Shown in pieces: positions 18,855 through 27,237 of a stretch of 64,000 bases of DNA. Source of the stretch: an uncultured Bifidobacteriaceae bacterium (GTDB taxonomy: Bacteria > Bacteroidota > Bacteroidia > Chitinophagales > UBA10324). The position numbers were made by a program, and so were the translations under genes. The notes under the pieces are model-generated. The model saw only the letters and a list, made by a program, of their open reading frames with translations, was not told where the DNA came from and searched no databases. The first letter of the stretch is position 1. Every line of letters begins with the position of its first letter. The stretch is taken from positions 13,010 to 77,009 of the forward strand of contig CAZXFT010000013.1 in NCBI GenBank assembly GCA_964640655.1. Direction: 5' to 3'.

Positions 18855-18972
18855 TACGTGCATTTCTGACGTCTGCCGACACACTCGAAAACACATCATC
18901 ACATTTTTGCGGCGTACGGAAAGCATGTTCTTCTATTGAATTAATTATTTCGAGTGTTTAATTACATGATTT

Positions 18973-20538
18973 GTGAATAAAGAACTTATTGTTAATTCCG
19001 TTGACGACGGCATAGAACTGGCATTGCTGGAAGACAAGAATCTGGTGGAGCTGCATCGTGATGCCGGTCAGGAAAAAATTATTGTTGGAGATGTTGTTTG
19101 GGCTTCGGTAAATAAATTATTGCCATCGCTCAACGCAGCATTCGTTGACATTGGTCATCATAAAAACGGCTTCATTCATTATTCTGATTTAAGTCCGCAA
19201 ATACGTTCCTTTCTGAAATATGCCAAGTCTGCAAACGACGGTATTGCTCCTTACGATTTGCGTGGCTTCAAGTTAGAAGCCGAAACACAGAAGACAGGAA
19301 AAATTGCATCTATCCTTGCTAAAAAACAGGCATTGCTGGTACAGGTTACCAAAGAGCCTATTTCAACTAAAGGACATCGCCTTACAGCTGAGTTGTCCTT
19401 TCCCGGAAGATATCTTGTGTTGATACCCTTTGTGAACTACATTAGCGTAAGCAAAAAGATAAGCAGTGCGGATGAACGCAAACGTCTGACACGTTTGCTA
19501 GAAAGCATCAAACCTCAAAACTTTGGTGTGATAGTGCGCACCAGTGCTGAAGGAAAGTCTGTTGCCGATCTGCACGAGGAGATGAATTCCATGATGGCAA
19601 AGTGGAAGGAAATGACATTGAATCTGAAGGGGGCCAAGGCTCCGAAAAAAGTGTTGAGTGAACTGAATAAAACTTCAACATTATTACGCGATTTGTTAGA
19701 TCCATCATTCAACAGAATAGTTGTGAACACACGTGAGATGTACGAAGAAGTAAAACAGTACATCAGTAAAATTTCACCGGATAAAGAATCTATCGTACAA
19801 CTCTATACCGGAAAAACACCGATGTTTGATCAATACGATGTTACCAAACAGATAAAACTCAGCTTTGGAAAAACAGTAAATATTGAAGGCGGTGCTTATC
19901 TGGTAATTGAACATACGGAAGCACTTCATGTGGTAGACGTGAACAGCGGCTTTAAAATGAACAATGAAGAAAGCCAGGAGAATAACGCACTGCGGGTGAA
20001 TCTGGATGCGGCCAAAGAACTTGCACGCCAATTACGCTTGCGCGATATAGGCGGAATAATAGTCGTAGACTTTATTGATATGCGTAACCCTGATTTTAAG
20101 AAACAGGTATATAATGCATTACACGATGCTATGAAACCGGATAAAGCCCGGCATACTATTTTGCCTATGAGCAAGTTTGGGTTGATACAGATTACTCGTG
20201 AACGTATGAAACCCCAGCTCACCATTGAGACATCTGAGGAGTGTCCTACTTGTGGTGGTGAAGGTAAAATTGGTCCAAGTATTTTGTTAATGGATAGAAT
20301 TGAAAAAGATTTGCAATTCATTATAGAAAAACAAAATCAAAAAAAACTCAGCCTTGTGGTGCACCCATATCTGGAAGGATATATCAGGAACAGAGGATTG
20401 TTCCGCTCCTTGCAATGGAAGTGGTACTTCAAATACAAAAGATGGATTAACATAGACTCAACAGATAGTATGGCATTGGTGGAGTATCATTTTTATGATA
20501 AGGATGGAGAAGAAATTGAAATTAAACAGACCGTTTAA
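18973..20538 (+). CDS. rng: Rne/Rng family ribonuclease (RNase G/E catalytic domain)
   Basis: S1 domain (GDVVWASVNKLLPSLNAAFVDIG), the DNase-I-like/RNase E catalytic region (ALHVVDVNSG, GGIIVVDFIDM) and a Zn-link CPTCGG. GTG start. Confidence 0.9.
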   Translation: MNKELIVNSVDDGIELALLEDKNLVELHRDAGQEKIIVGDVVWASVNKLLPSLNAAFVDIGHHKNGFIHYSDLSPQIRSFLKYAKSANDGIAPYDLRGFKLEAETQKTGKIASILAKKQALLVQVTKEPISTKGHRLTAELSFPGRYLVLIPFVNYISVSKKISSADERKRLTRLLESIKPQNFGVIVRTSAEGKSVADLHEEMNSMMAKWKEMTLNLKGAKAPKKVLSELNKTSTLLRDLLDPSFNRIVVNTREMYEEVKQYISKISPDKESIVQLYTGKTPMFDQYDVTKQIKLSFGKTVNIEGGAYLVIEHTEALHVVDVNSGFKMNNEESQENNALRVNLDAAKELARQLRLRDIGGIIVVDFIDMRNPDFKKQVYNALHDAMKPDKARHTILPMSKFGLIQITRERMKPQLTIETSEECPTCGGEGKIGPSILLMDRIEKDLQFIIEKQNQKKLSLVVHPYLEGYIRNRGLFRSLQWKWYFKYKRWINIDSTDSMALVEYHFYDKDGEEIEIKQTV

Positions 20539-20547
20539 TTCATTGCC

Positions 20548-21228
20548 TTGTTGTTGCGTGTAACTATTCTGTTGTTAGTGTTATTTTTCAATACTGCATT
20601 TTTGCATGCACAAAACAATTCGAGAATGTACAAGGTGCTTGCTCTAGGTGATTCTTACACCATTGGCGAATCGGTATTGCCCGAAGAGCGTTTTATCAGT
20701 CAAACTATTACTTCGTTGCGTACATTGGGTTATACTGTAAGTGATGCACGAATAATAGCTGTTACAGGTTGGACAACCGACGAGCTGCAGAATGCCATCA
20801 ATGAATCACAAATCACAGAACATTACGATTTTGTTACGCTGCTGATAGGTGTTAACAATCAGTACCGCGGCAGAAGTATTGAAGAATATAGAGAGCAGTT
20901 TACTCAACTGTTACAACAGGCTATTCAGTTTGCAGCAAACAACACGAGGCATGTATTTGTATTGTCCATTCCCGATTGGGGAGTTACACCCTTTGCTGAA
21001 GGCCGGGATCGTCAACAGATAGCACAGCAGATTGATTTGTTTAATCAGGTAAATCGTGAAGAATCATTAAAGCATGGCGTTCACTATATAGATATTACGC
21101 CGCAAACAAGATTGGCTGCAATGGATTATTCACTGACAGCATCGGATAAACTTCATCCTTCCGCAGCCATGTATGCGTTGTGGTCAAAGCCCTTAGCCGA
21201 ACTCTTTGTAAAAGAACTAAAGCATTAA
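20548..21228 (+). CDS. SGNH/GDSL hydrolase, secreted
   Basis: Block I LALGDSYTIGE, block III GVNNQ, block V DKLHPS. The signal peptide lies upstream of the first ATG, so a TTG start at 20548-20556 is required. Confidence 0.8.
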   Translation: MLLRVTILLLVLFFNTAFLHAQNNSRMYKVLALGDSYTIGESVLPEERFISQTITSLRTLGYTVSDARIIAVTGWTTDELQNAINESQITEHYDFVTLLIGVNNQYRGRSIEEYREQFTQLLQQAIQFAANNTRHVFVLSIPDWGVTPFAEGRDRQQIAQQIDLFNQVNREESLKHGVHYIDITPQTRLAAMDYSLTASDKLHPSAAMYALWSKPLAELFVKELKH

Positions 21229-21230
21229 TT

Positions 21231-21443
21231 ATGTTAGTTCGTTTGTTAGAATCGCGATTAGTTGATGTACTATTGATAGCCGCAGCATTGTATTTTTTGA
21301 TACCAAGATTTTTTCCTCGTCGTAAGAGGAATGATCATCAAAGTCAGTCATCAAAAACAATTATCGTGAATAAAGAAGATAAGAAAAAAAACAACGATGA
21401 TGACAACAATGGTGAGTATATAGATTACGAGGAGATTAAGTGA
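21231..21443 (+). CDS. Small membrane protein, DUF4834-like
   Basis: ATG at 21231, 3 nt after the upstream stop. One TM helix, a low-complexity K/D/N linker and a C-terminal GEYIDYEEIK motif. Confidence 0.5.
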   Translation: MLVRLLESRLVDVLLIAAALYFLIPRFFPRRKRNDHQSQSSKTIIVNKEDKKKNNDDDNNGEYIDYEEIK

Positions 21444-21514
21444 TGTGCATAATTAATGGATACAACAATTTCTACTTATTTACCTGCAATTATTTTAGTG
21501 CATCATAACAAGGG

Positions 21515-22606
21515 ATGATTAAAATCCGAAAGAAGGTTCGTTTCATTACCAGAAAGCCTAAGCAATCAACAAAGTCAGGATTGCCCCCGGGCAGAGTAGT
21601 CTATATAGGTAACAAGGCCGATGTGCCTGTACACATTACTGTTTTTGACTATGATACTCATGGGTTAAAAGAGTTTGCAGTAAACGATATTCAGGAACTT
21701 GCAGCATACAAAAACTCACAAACAAGTACATGGATAAACATAGACGGAATTCACAAAACAAAGCTGATCGAAGACATCGGCAAGTTATACGACATACACC
21801 CTCTGGTACTTGAAGATGTGGTAAATACTCATCAAAGACCGAAACTAGAAGTGTATGACGACTATGTATTTATTGTTTTCAAAATGCTCGACTATGACTA
21901 TGCCAGTAATGAAGTGAAGATTGAACAAATCAGTTTGGTATTGGGTAAGAATTATGTGATTTCGTTTCAGGAAAATGTGGGGGACATATTTGAAGCCATT
22001 CGCAATCGCATTCGCAATCCACAATCCCGCATCAGACAACTGGGTTCTGATTATCTGGTATATGCACTGTTAGATAGAGTGGTGGACAATTACTTTATAG
22101 TGATGGAAAAGTTAGGCGAGCAATTGGAGGATTTTGAAGACGAAGCCTTTAACAATCCCGGCAGGCACATAGCTGAGCGATTAAATAAACTACGACGTGA
22201 AACTATCTTTATGCGAAAGGCTGTGTGGCCGCTGCGCGAAATGGTGAATCATCTGGCAGGGGGTGATATTGAACCTATCAAACAGAATACGACTATCTTC
22301 ATGCGTGATCTGTATGACCATACTGTGCAAGTGCTGGATACCATAGAGACATATCGCGATGTGCTCTCCGGTATTATGGATGTTTATCTATCAAATCTTA
22401 GTTTTAAGATGAACGAAGTAATGAAAGTACTTACTATCATTTCCACCATTTTTATCCCACTCACATTTATTGCCGGTGTTTATGGAATGAACTTCAGGAT
22501 AATGCCTGAACTGGATTATCAATATGGATACTATATCATCATGGCATTCATGGGATGTGTGGCAATAGGTATGTTTATTTATTTCAGAATAAAGAAATGG
22601 TTTTAA
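21515..22606 (+). CDS. corA: Magnesium/cobalt transporter CorA
   Basis: Cytoplasmic funnel domain followed by two TM helices carrying the GVYGMNF signature. Confidence 0.92.
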   Translation: MIKIRKKVRFITRKPKQSTKSGLPPGRVVYIGNKADVPVHITVFDYDTHGLKEFAVNDIQELAAYKNSQTSTWINIDGIHKTKLIEDIGKLYDIHPLVLEDVVNTHQRPKLEVYDDYVFIVFKMLDYDYASNEVKIEQISLVLGKNYVISFQENVGDIFEAIRNRIRNPQSRIRQLGSDYLVYALLDRVVDNYFIVMEKLGEQLEDFEDEAFNNPGRHIAERLNKLRRETIFMRKAVWPLREMVNHLAGGDIEPIKQNTTIFMRDLYDHTVQVLDTIETYRDVLSGIMDVYLSNLSFKMNEVMKVLTIISTIFIPLTFIAGVYGMNFRIMPELDYQYGYYIIMAFMGCVAIGMFIYFRIKKWF

Positions 22607-23082
22607 TCAATGGCATTCAATAGTTTCCAAACTAACTCAGAAGGGTATCCCTTTCTTATAGCGTAGGCAGCTATCTTCTGATTTCGTTTAATAGGATGCT
22701 TCTCTGACACTAAAGCAGATTTCTTAGCAACCAATTTTTGTAATGATTGGGTTAACTCTTTAGGCTCGATTTCAAGCATCGCTTTTTTAATACAGTACTC
22801 AGATATTTTTCTTCGTTTGAGTTCGGAAATTATTTTATGAGTACCCCACTTTTTCATTCTAAACTTACCTCTTACATAAGCTCTTGCAAATCGCTCTTCA
22901 TTAATAAAGTCTTCTGAAATTAATTCAACAATAATATTTTCTAATGTATTGCCTCGCTGTCCCCATTCGAGCAACTTACTACGCACCTCGCTCTGGCAGC
23001 GCTCCTGATAAGCACAGTATCGTCGAGCTTTTTCAAGAGCTTCTGCAAGTGAATAGTATTTTGTTTTCTTATCAGAAGTCAT
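22603..23082 (-). CDS. recX: Regulatory protein RecX
   Basis: ALEKARRYCAYQERCQSEVRSKL...FINEERFARAYVRGKFR..WG repeats typical of RecX. ATG at 23082 is preferred to TTG at 23091. The 3' end overlaps corA convergently by 4 nt. Confidence 0.8.
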   Translation of the reverse strand: MTSDKKTKYYSLAEALEKARRYCAYQERCQSEVRSKLLEWGQRGNTLENIIVELISEDFINEERFARAYVRGKFRMKKWGTHKIISELKRRKISEYCIKKAMLEIEPKELTQSLQKLVAKKSALVSEKHPIKRNQKIAAYAIRKGYPSELVWKLLNAID

Positions 23083-23134
23083 CGCGAACAAAATTCAATT
23101 AGAAAAATTACATGTTCCTTTACGGCAAATAGAT

Positions 23135-24394
23135 ATGAGATCGGCTCAGCGTTCATTTATTTTACTTTTTCTGGCTAACAGTATTTCCGGCGTGGCTCAA
23201 GGCATCAGCATGATTGCTATTCCATGGTATTTTCTTACCGTCATCAACAAGCCTCAATTGCTTGGAGTAGTTTATTTCATAGCAACGTTCATTCAGATAT
23301 TCTGGGGCTTGTATTCCGGCAGTTTAATTGATCGTTATTCTCGCAAGAAAATTTTTCTATACATCAACGCCTGTGCTGGGACACTACTCATTGCTGTAGC
23401 GCTTTCTGGTTTTTATTTCGGTTATATACCATTACCGCTAACATCGCTTGTATTTGCATCCACTTTTTTTGTTTATAATATTCATTATCCGAATCTTTAT
23501 GCATTTGCACAGGAGATTATTAAAAAGGAAGATTACAGTAAGATTAATTCCCAGATAGAAATTGTAGGACAGGTGACTAATGCTGTTGCCGGTGCATTTG
23601 CTTCTGTGCTGCTCACAGGGTCTGATACAGGAGTGTTCAAAATATTGACTTTCACTTTTAATACAGGGCTGGTATTTAAGCCTTGGCAATTGCACGAAAT
23701 TTTTCTGACAGATGGCATTACATACATCATCTCACTTTTTATCATTTCAACAATACGGTATCAATTCAGATTAAGTCCAGATGCGGAAAAGACTTCAATC
23801 TTTAAAAGACTAAAAGCAGGATTTGATTTTTTATTACAGCGTAAACCACTACTCATTTTCGGCACTTCATCCTTAACCGTATTTCTGACAGTGATAGTTT
23901 CCAATTACATGATGGCTCCAGCGTATATCTATCATCATCTGAATGGAGATGCAACCATTTTTGGAGGAATGGAAATCAGTTTTGCAATGGGAGCAATAGC
24001 TGCGGGATTGTTTGCACGTTTAGTCACCAGATATATCAGCGAGGTCTATGCTGTGTTATGTTTAGTTATTCTATGTTGTATTATATATGTGAGCCTGCTG
24101 TACAGCTATTCAATTCTTCTATTTTTTATGCTTATGATGTTATACGGGTTGTGTAATGCCGGGGTGCGCATATTGCGGGTAACTTATATTTTTCATCACG
24201 TTCCTAACCACATCTTCGGCAGAACCGGCGGTGTTTTTCTCACGATTCACATAACGTTACGGTTGTTGTTTATAGCCATGTTCACGATGCCATTCTTTTC
24301 CAGAGGTAATAAAATACTCAATGCATACTTCGTTTTTGCATGTCTTCTATTCCTTTCAGCAGCATCAATCTGGTATTTCAAAAAAAAATTATAA
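23135..24394 (+). CDS. MFS transporter
   Basis: 12 predicted TM helices. GSLIDRYSRKK loop motif between TM2 and TM3. Confidence 0.75.
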   Translation: MRSAQRSFILLFLANSISGVAQGISMIAIPWYFLTVINKPQLLGVVYFIATFIQIFWGLYSGSLIDRYSRKKIFLYINACAGTLLIAVALSGFYFGYIPLPLTSLVFASTFFVYNIHYPNLYAFAQEIIKKEDYSKINSQIEIVGQVTNAVAGAFASVLLTGSDTGVFKILTFTFNTGLVFKPWQLHEIFLTDGITYIISLFIISTIRYQFRLSPDAEKTSIFKRLKAGFDFLLQRKPLLIFGTSSLTVFLTVIVSNYMMAPAYIYHHLNGDATIFGGMEISFAMGAIAAGLFARLVTRYISEVYAVLCLVILCCIIYVSLLYSYSILLFFMLMMLYGLCNAGVRILRVTYIFHHVPNHIFGRTGGVFLTIHITLRLLFIAMFTMPFFSRGNKILNAYFVFACLLFLSAASIWYFKKKL

Positions 24395-24444
24395 AATTTT
24401 TTCCGCCTCAATATCAATAAGTTAAGCATAGATGTGTGTTAAAG

Positions 24445-24471
24445 TTGGTACTATGTATAACAATGTACCAA
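24445..24471. promoter_or_regulatory. Inverted repeat TTGGTAC-N13-GTACCAA, candidate PadR operator
   Basis: Perfect 7-bp arms at 24445-24451 and 24465-24471, immediately upstream of the -7 box of the padR-pspC unit. Confidence 0.4.
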
Positions 24472-24480
24472 GCATAACAC

Positions 24481-24488
24481 TATATTTG
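24481..24488 (+). promoter_or_regulatory. Candidate Bacteroidota -7 box (TATATTTG) for the padR-pspC operon
   Basis: Exact TAnnTTTG match 26 nt upstream of the ATG at 24514. Confidence 0.45.
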
Positions 24489-24513
24489 CACCGTCAACCA
24501 TTATAAAAGAGTT

Positions 24514-24846
24514 ATGGATATAGAAAATTCAAAAGCGCAAATGCGAAAAGGGGTGCTGGAGCTCTGCATCATGTCCATCATTGCCAATGATGAAGAATGC
24601 TATGCATCAGAGATTTTAGAACGAATGAAAAAAGCTAAACTGATAGTAGTGGAGGGTACGCTGTATCCACTACTTACCCGATTGAAAAACGACGGTCTTC
24701 TGAGTTATCAGTGGGTAGAATCGAAGTCAGGGCCGCCACGCAAGTACTATAAACTCACTCTCAACGGCGAAATATTTCTCGAAGAATTAACTAAATCTTG
24801 GAACGAATTAGTAACCGCAGTATCTACTGCACGAAAACTTAAATAA
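24514..24846 (+). CDS. PadR family transcriptional regulator
   Basis: KGVLELCIMSII...YASEILERM......EGTLYPLLTRLKNDGLLSYQW...GPPRKYYKLT is a winged-helix PadR signature. Confidence 0.9.
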   Translation: MDIENSKAQMRKGVLELCIMSIIANDEECYASEILERMKKAKLIVVEGTLYPLLTRLKNDGLLSYQWVESKSGPPRKYYKLTLNGEIFLEELTKSWNELVTAVSTARKLK

Positions 24847-24855
24847 CCCTATACC

Positions 24856-26502
24856 ATGAAAAAGACTTTAACAATCAACCTTGGCGGCATTGTTTTTCAC
24901 ATTGATGAAGATGCATACGATTTATTGCGTTCCTATCTTGAAAAACTGAAGGTGCGTTTCCATCAGGAGTCGGCTAGTGAAATTATTTCTGACATTGAAT
25001 ACAGAATGGCAGAAATGTTTAATGAACAAAAATCATTTGACCGATATGTAATATCTAAAGAAAATGTTCAACATGTTATTGATGTTATGGGCAATCCAGA
25101 TGACATTGCCGGAGAGGAAAAGCAACAAGACACAGATTCTAGTCAATACACACAAAACACAACATACAAAAATAGCAACCGCAGGATTTTCAGGAATCCT
25201 GATGATAAAATTTTAGGAGGTGTGTGCTCCGGTATATCAGCCTATTTTAATATAGATCCGGTTTGGTTGCGCTTGATTATTGCTTTAACCGTTGTATTTG
25301 CAGGAACTGGTATCATGGTGTATATCATTCTTTGGATAATAATTCCAGAGGCTTCAACACCATTAGAGAAGATGCAAATGCGAGGAGAGGAACTGAACAT
25401 CTCCAATATTGAACGTAGCATCAAGAATGAAATGGAAGGTGTGAAAAGCAGAATGGAGTCACTCGGTAAAGACCTGAAGTCTGAATCAAATAAGTATAAA
25501 GTTCGAAATGGAATCCAACGCATGTTTGGAGAACTTGGTGCATTTCTGATGTACATTATAAAGACCATAGGCCTATTGATTGGCACTGTATTCAGCTTTG
25601 CAGCGATCGTGCTTCTCGCAACATTAAGCATTATATTATTTATGGCGTTAGGATGGATTCCGGCATCCGATGCCAGTGTAATTGGCCATCAGTTTCTGAC
25701 TCAAATTCTCAGCAGTAACCAATTGACTATGTTAAGCATAGGTATATTGGTTGTTGTATCGCTACCTGTTTTAGTATTGTTATTAAACGGTTTAAAACTA
25801 TTATTCAAGGTTAATCTGAACCTCAAAAAGATAGGTGCCGTACTTTCTGCTTTTTGGATTATCGGAATATTCATTGTGGTTTATCAGGCGGTTGACATAT
25901 CAAAAGATTTTAACAGAAAGGCAGTAGTATCAAGTAAAGAACCACTGTCATTATCCGGAAAAAAACACTTATTGATTAAAGCCAATCAGTTAGATAGTGA
26001 AAATGACCATTTGGAAGGTGGTTTTAATTTTAGATTGAATAATAATCGTAATCTATTTTACTTCACAGAAAAATCTGATTCAGTTCTATGTAGTGACTTA
26101 AGACTTGATGTTGGAAAAAGCATGAATGACTCTGTTTATCTGGTCCTATCTTACAGTTCGCGCGGGAGAACCATTGAACAAGCAAGGTCTCTAGCAAGTG
26201 ATTGTATATACAATTATAGCATCATCGACTCTGTACTTATTCTCGATGATGTTTTCAATCTGAATCAGGAAAAGAAATATCGCGGACAACAACTCAGACT
26301 TACATTGAAAGTCCCGGAAACAACCATTTTGACTTTCGATCAATCACTGAGAGGAATTGTTTATTATATGGAAGACACGCCAAACAATTTAGAGTCGGAT
26401 ATGATACCGCATACCTGGAAAATGAAAAGTGAAGGACTGGAGTGTTTGGATTGTAATGAAGAAAAAGACAGACAAGAACCAATTATTGATAACGAACTGT
26501 AA
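24856..26502 (+). CDS. PspC domain-containing membrane protein
   Basis: RIFRNPDDKILGGVCSGISAYFNIDPVWLRLIIAL PspC motif, several TM helices and a long C-terminal extracytoplasmic region. Lies 9 nt after padR. Confidence 0.85.
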   Translation: MKKTLTINLGGIVFHIDEDAYDLLRSYLEKLKVRFHQESASEIISDIEYRMAEMFNEQKSFDRYVISKENVQHVIDVMGNPDDIAGEEKQQDTDSSQYTQNTTYKNSNRRIFRNPDDKILGGVCSGISAYFNIDPVWLRLIIALTVVFAGTGIMVYIILWIIIPEASTPLEKMQMRGEELNISNIERSIKNEMEGVKSRMESLGKDLKSESNKYKVRNGIQRMFGELGAFLMYIIKTIGLLIGTVFSFAAIVLLATLSIILFMALGWIPASDASVIGHQFLTQILSSNQLTMLSIGILVVVSLPVLVLLLNGLKLLFKVNLNLKKIGAVLSAFWIIGIFIVVYQAVDISKDFNRKAVVSSKEPLSLSGKKHLLIKANQLDSENDHLEGGFNFRLNNNRNLFYFTEKSDSVLCSDLRLDVGKSMNDSVYLVLSYSSRGRTIEQARSLASDCIYNYSIIDSVLILDDVFNLNQEKKYRGQQLRLTLKVPETTILTFDQSLRGIVYYMEDTPNNLESDMIPHTWKMKSEGLECLDCNEEKDRQEPIIDNEL

Positions 26503-26503
26503 T

Positions 26504-27220
26504 TTATTTATAGCAAATCAAAATGCGGTAAATACCAAGAGCAACCATAGAAGAAGCATTCTGAAAGATACTGACAGCTTTTTGTTGTAAAGTAAGATAC
26601 TGTTTGTACAAAGTGCGTGAAGCCGTAACCTTGTTAAACAACATGATGCCGCCTTTCTTTATTCGGGAGTGAATCAGTCTTAAAAAATCTTCAGCTTCAA
26701 ATCCCGGAGGTACAGCTAAATCAATGGCAACATCAACTATGATCAAATCGTAGTTTGTGGTATCTGCTAAAATGAAATCGTAGGCATCTGATTGCACGAG
26801 TTTTAATCCCGAATAATTATCTGCATTAAAGTAAGTCTTTGCATAATAGATAATACGTTCATCTTTTTCAACCCCCGTAACGTTAAGATGCTTATCGTTA
26901 AAAATTTGAAATAGTAATTCCGCTGCAGTACCTGAACCGTAACCTAAAATCAGAACGTTGTGAATATTGTGATCTCGGATATGAATCTCGCGGAATGCTT
27001 TTTCATATACACGTTGAATACTGCCAAAAGAATAGTTGGTCGTGGCAGTATTTAGAACCAATTTTCCTGCTGAGTATGCTACTTCAATATATGGATGCAC
27101 AGAACTATGATCGCATTCCACTATGATGGGGAACAGGTAACTACGATAGTATTGCCACTTGGTGAACTGCGGTCTCATGCTTGCAAAATAATCATTTGAC
27201 AAGATATTAGCAGCCCTCAA
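26504..27220 (-). CDS. Class I SAM-dependent methyltransferase / spermidine synthase-like protein
   Basis: VLILGYGSGTAAELL (motif I) and YDLIIVDV. Start uncertain (TTG at 27220 or ATG at 27178). Confidence 0.6.
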   Translation of the reverse strand: MRAANILSNDYFASMRPQFTKWQYYRSYLFPIIVECDHSSVHPYIEVAYSAGKLVLNTATTNYSFGSIQRVYEKAFREIHIRDHNIHNVLILGYGSGTAAELLFQIFNDKHLNVTGVEKDERIIYYAKTYFNADNYSGLKLVQSDAYDFILADTTNYDLIIVDVAIDLAVPPGFEAEDFLRLIHSRIKKGGIMLFNKVTASRTLYKQYLTLQQKAVSIFQNASSMVALGIYRILICYK

Positions 27221-27237
27221 GTATTTTTGGTACTCAG

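Noticed and set aside
27222-27229. Exact TAnnTTTG match (TATTTTTG) 8 nt upstream of the mfd ATG
   Set aside because: A -7 box this close would imply an essentially leaderless mfd mRNA. It may equally be a chance match in the short divergent intergenic region, so it is not called as a feature.
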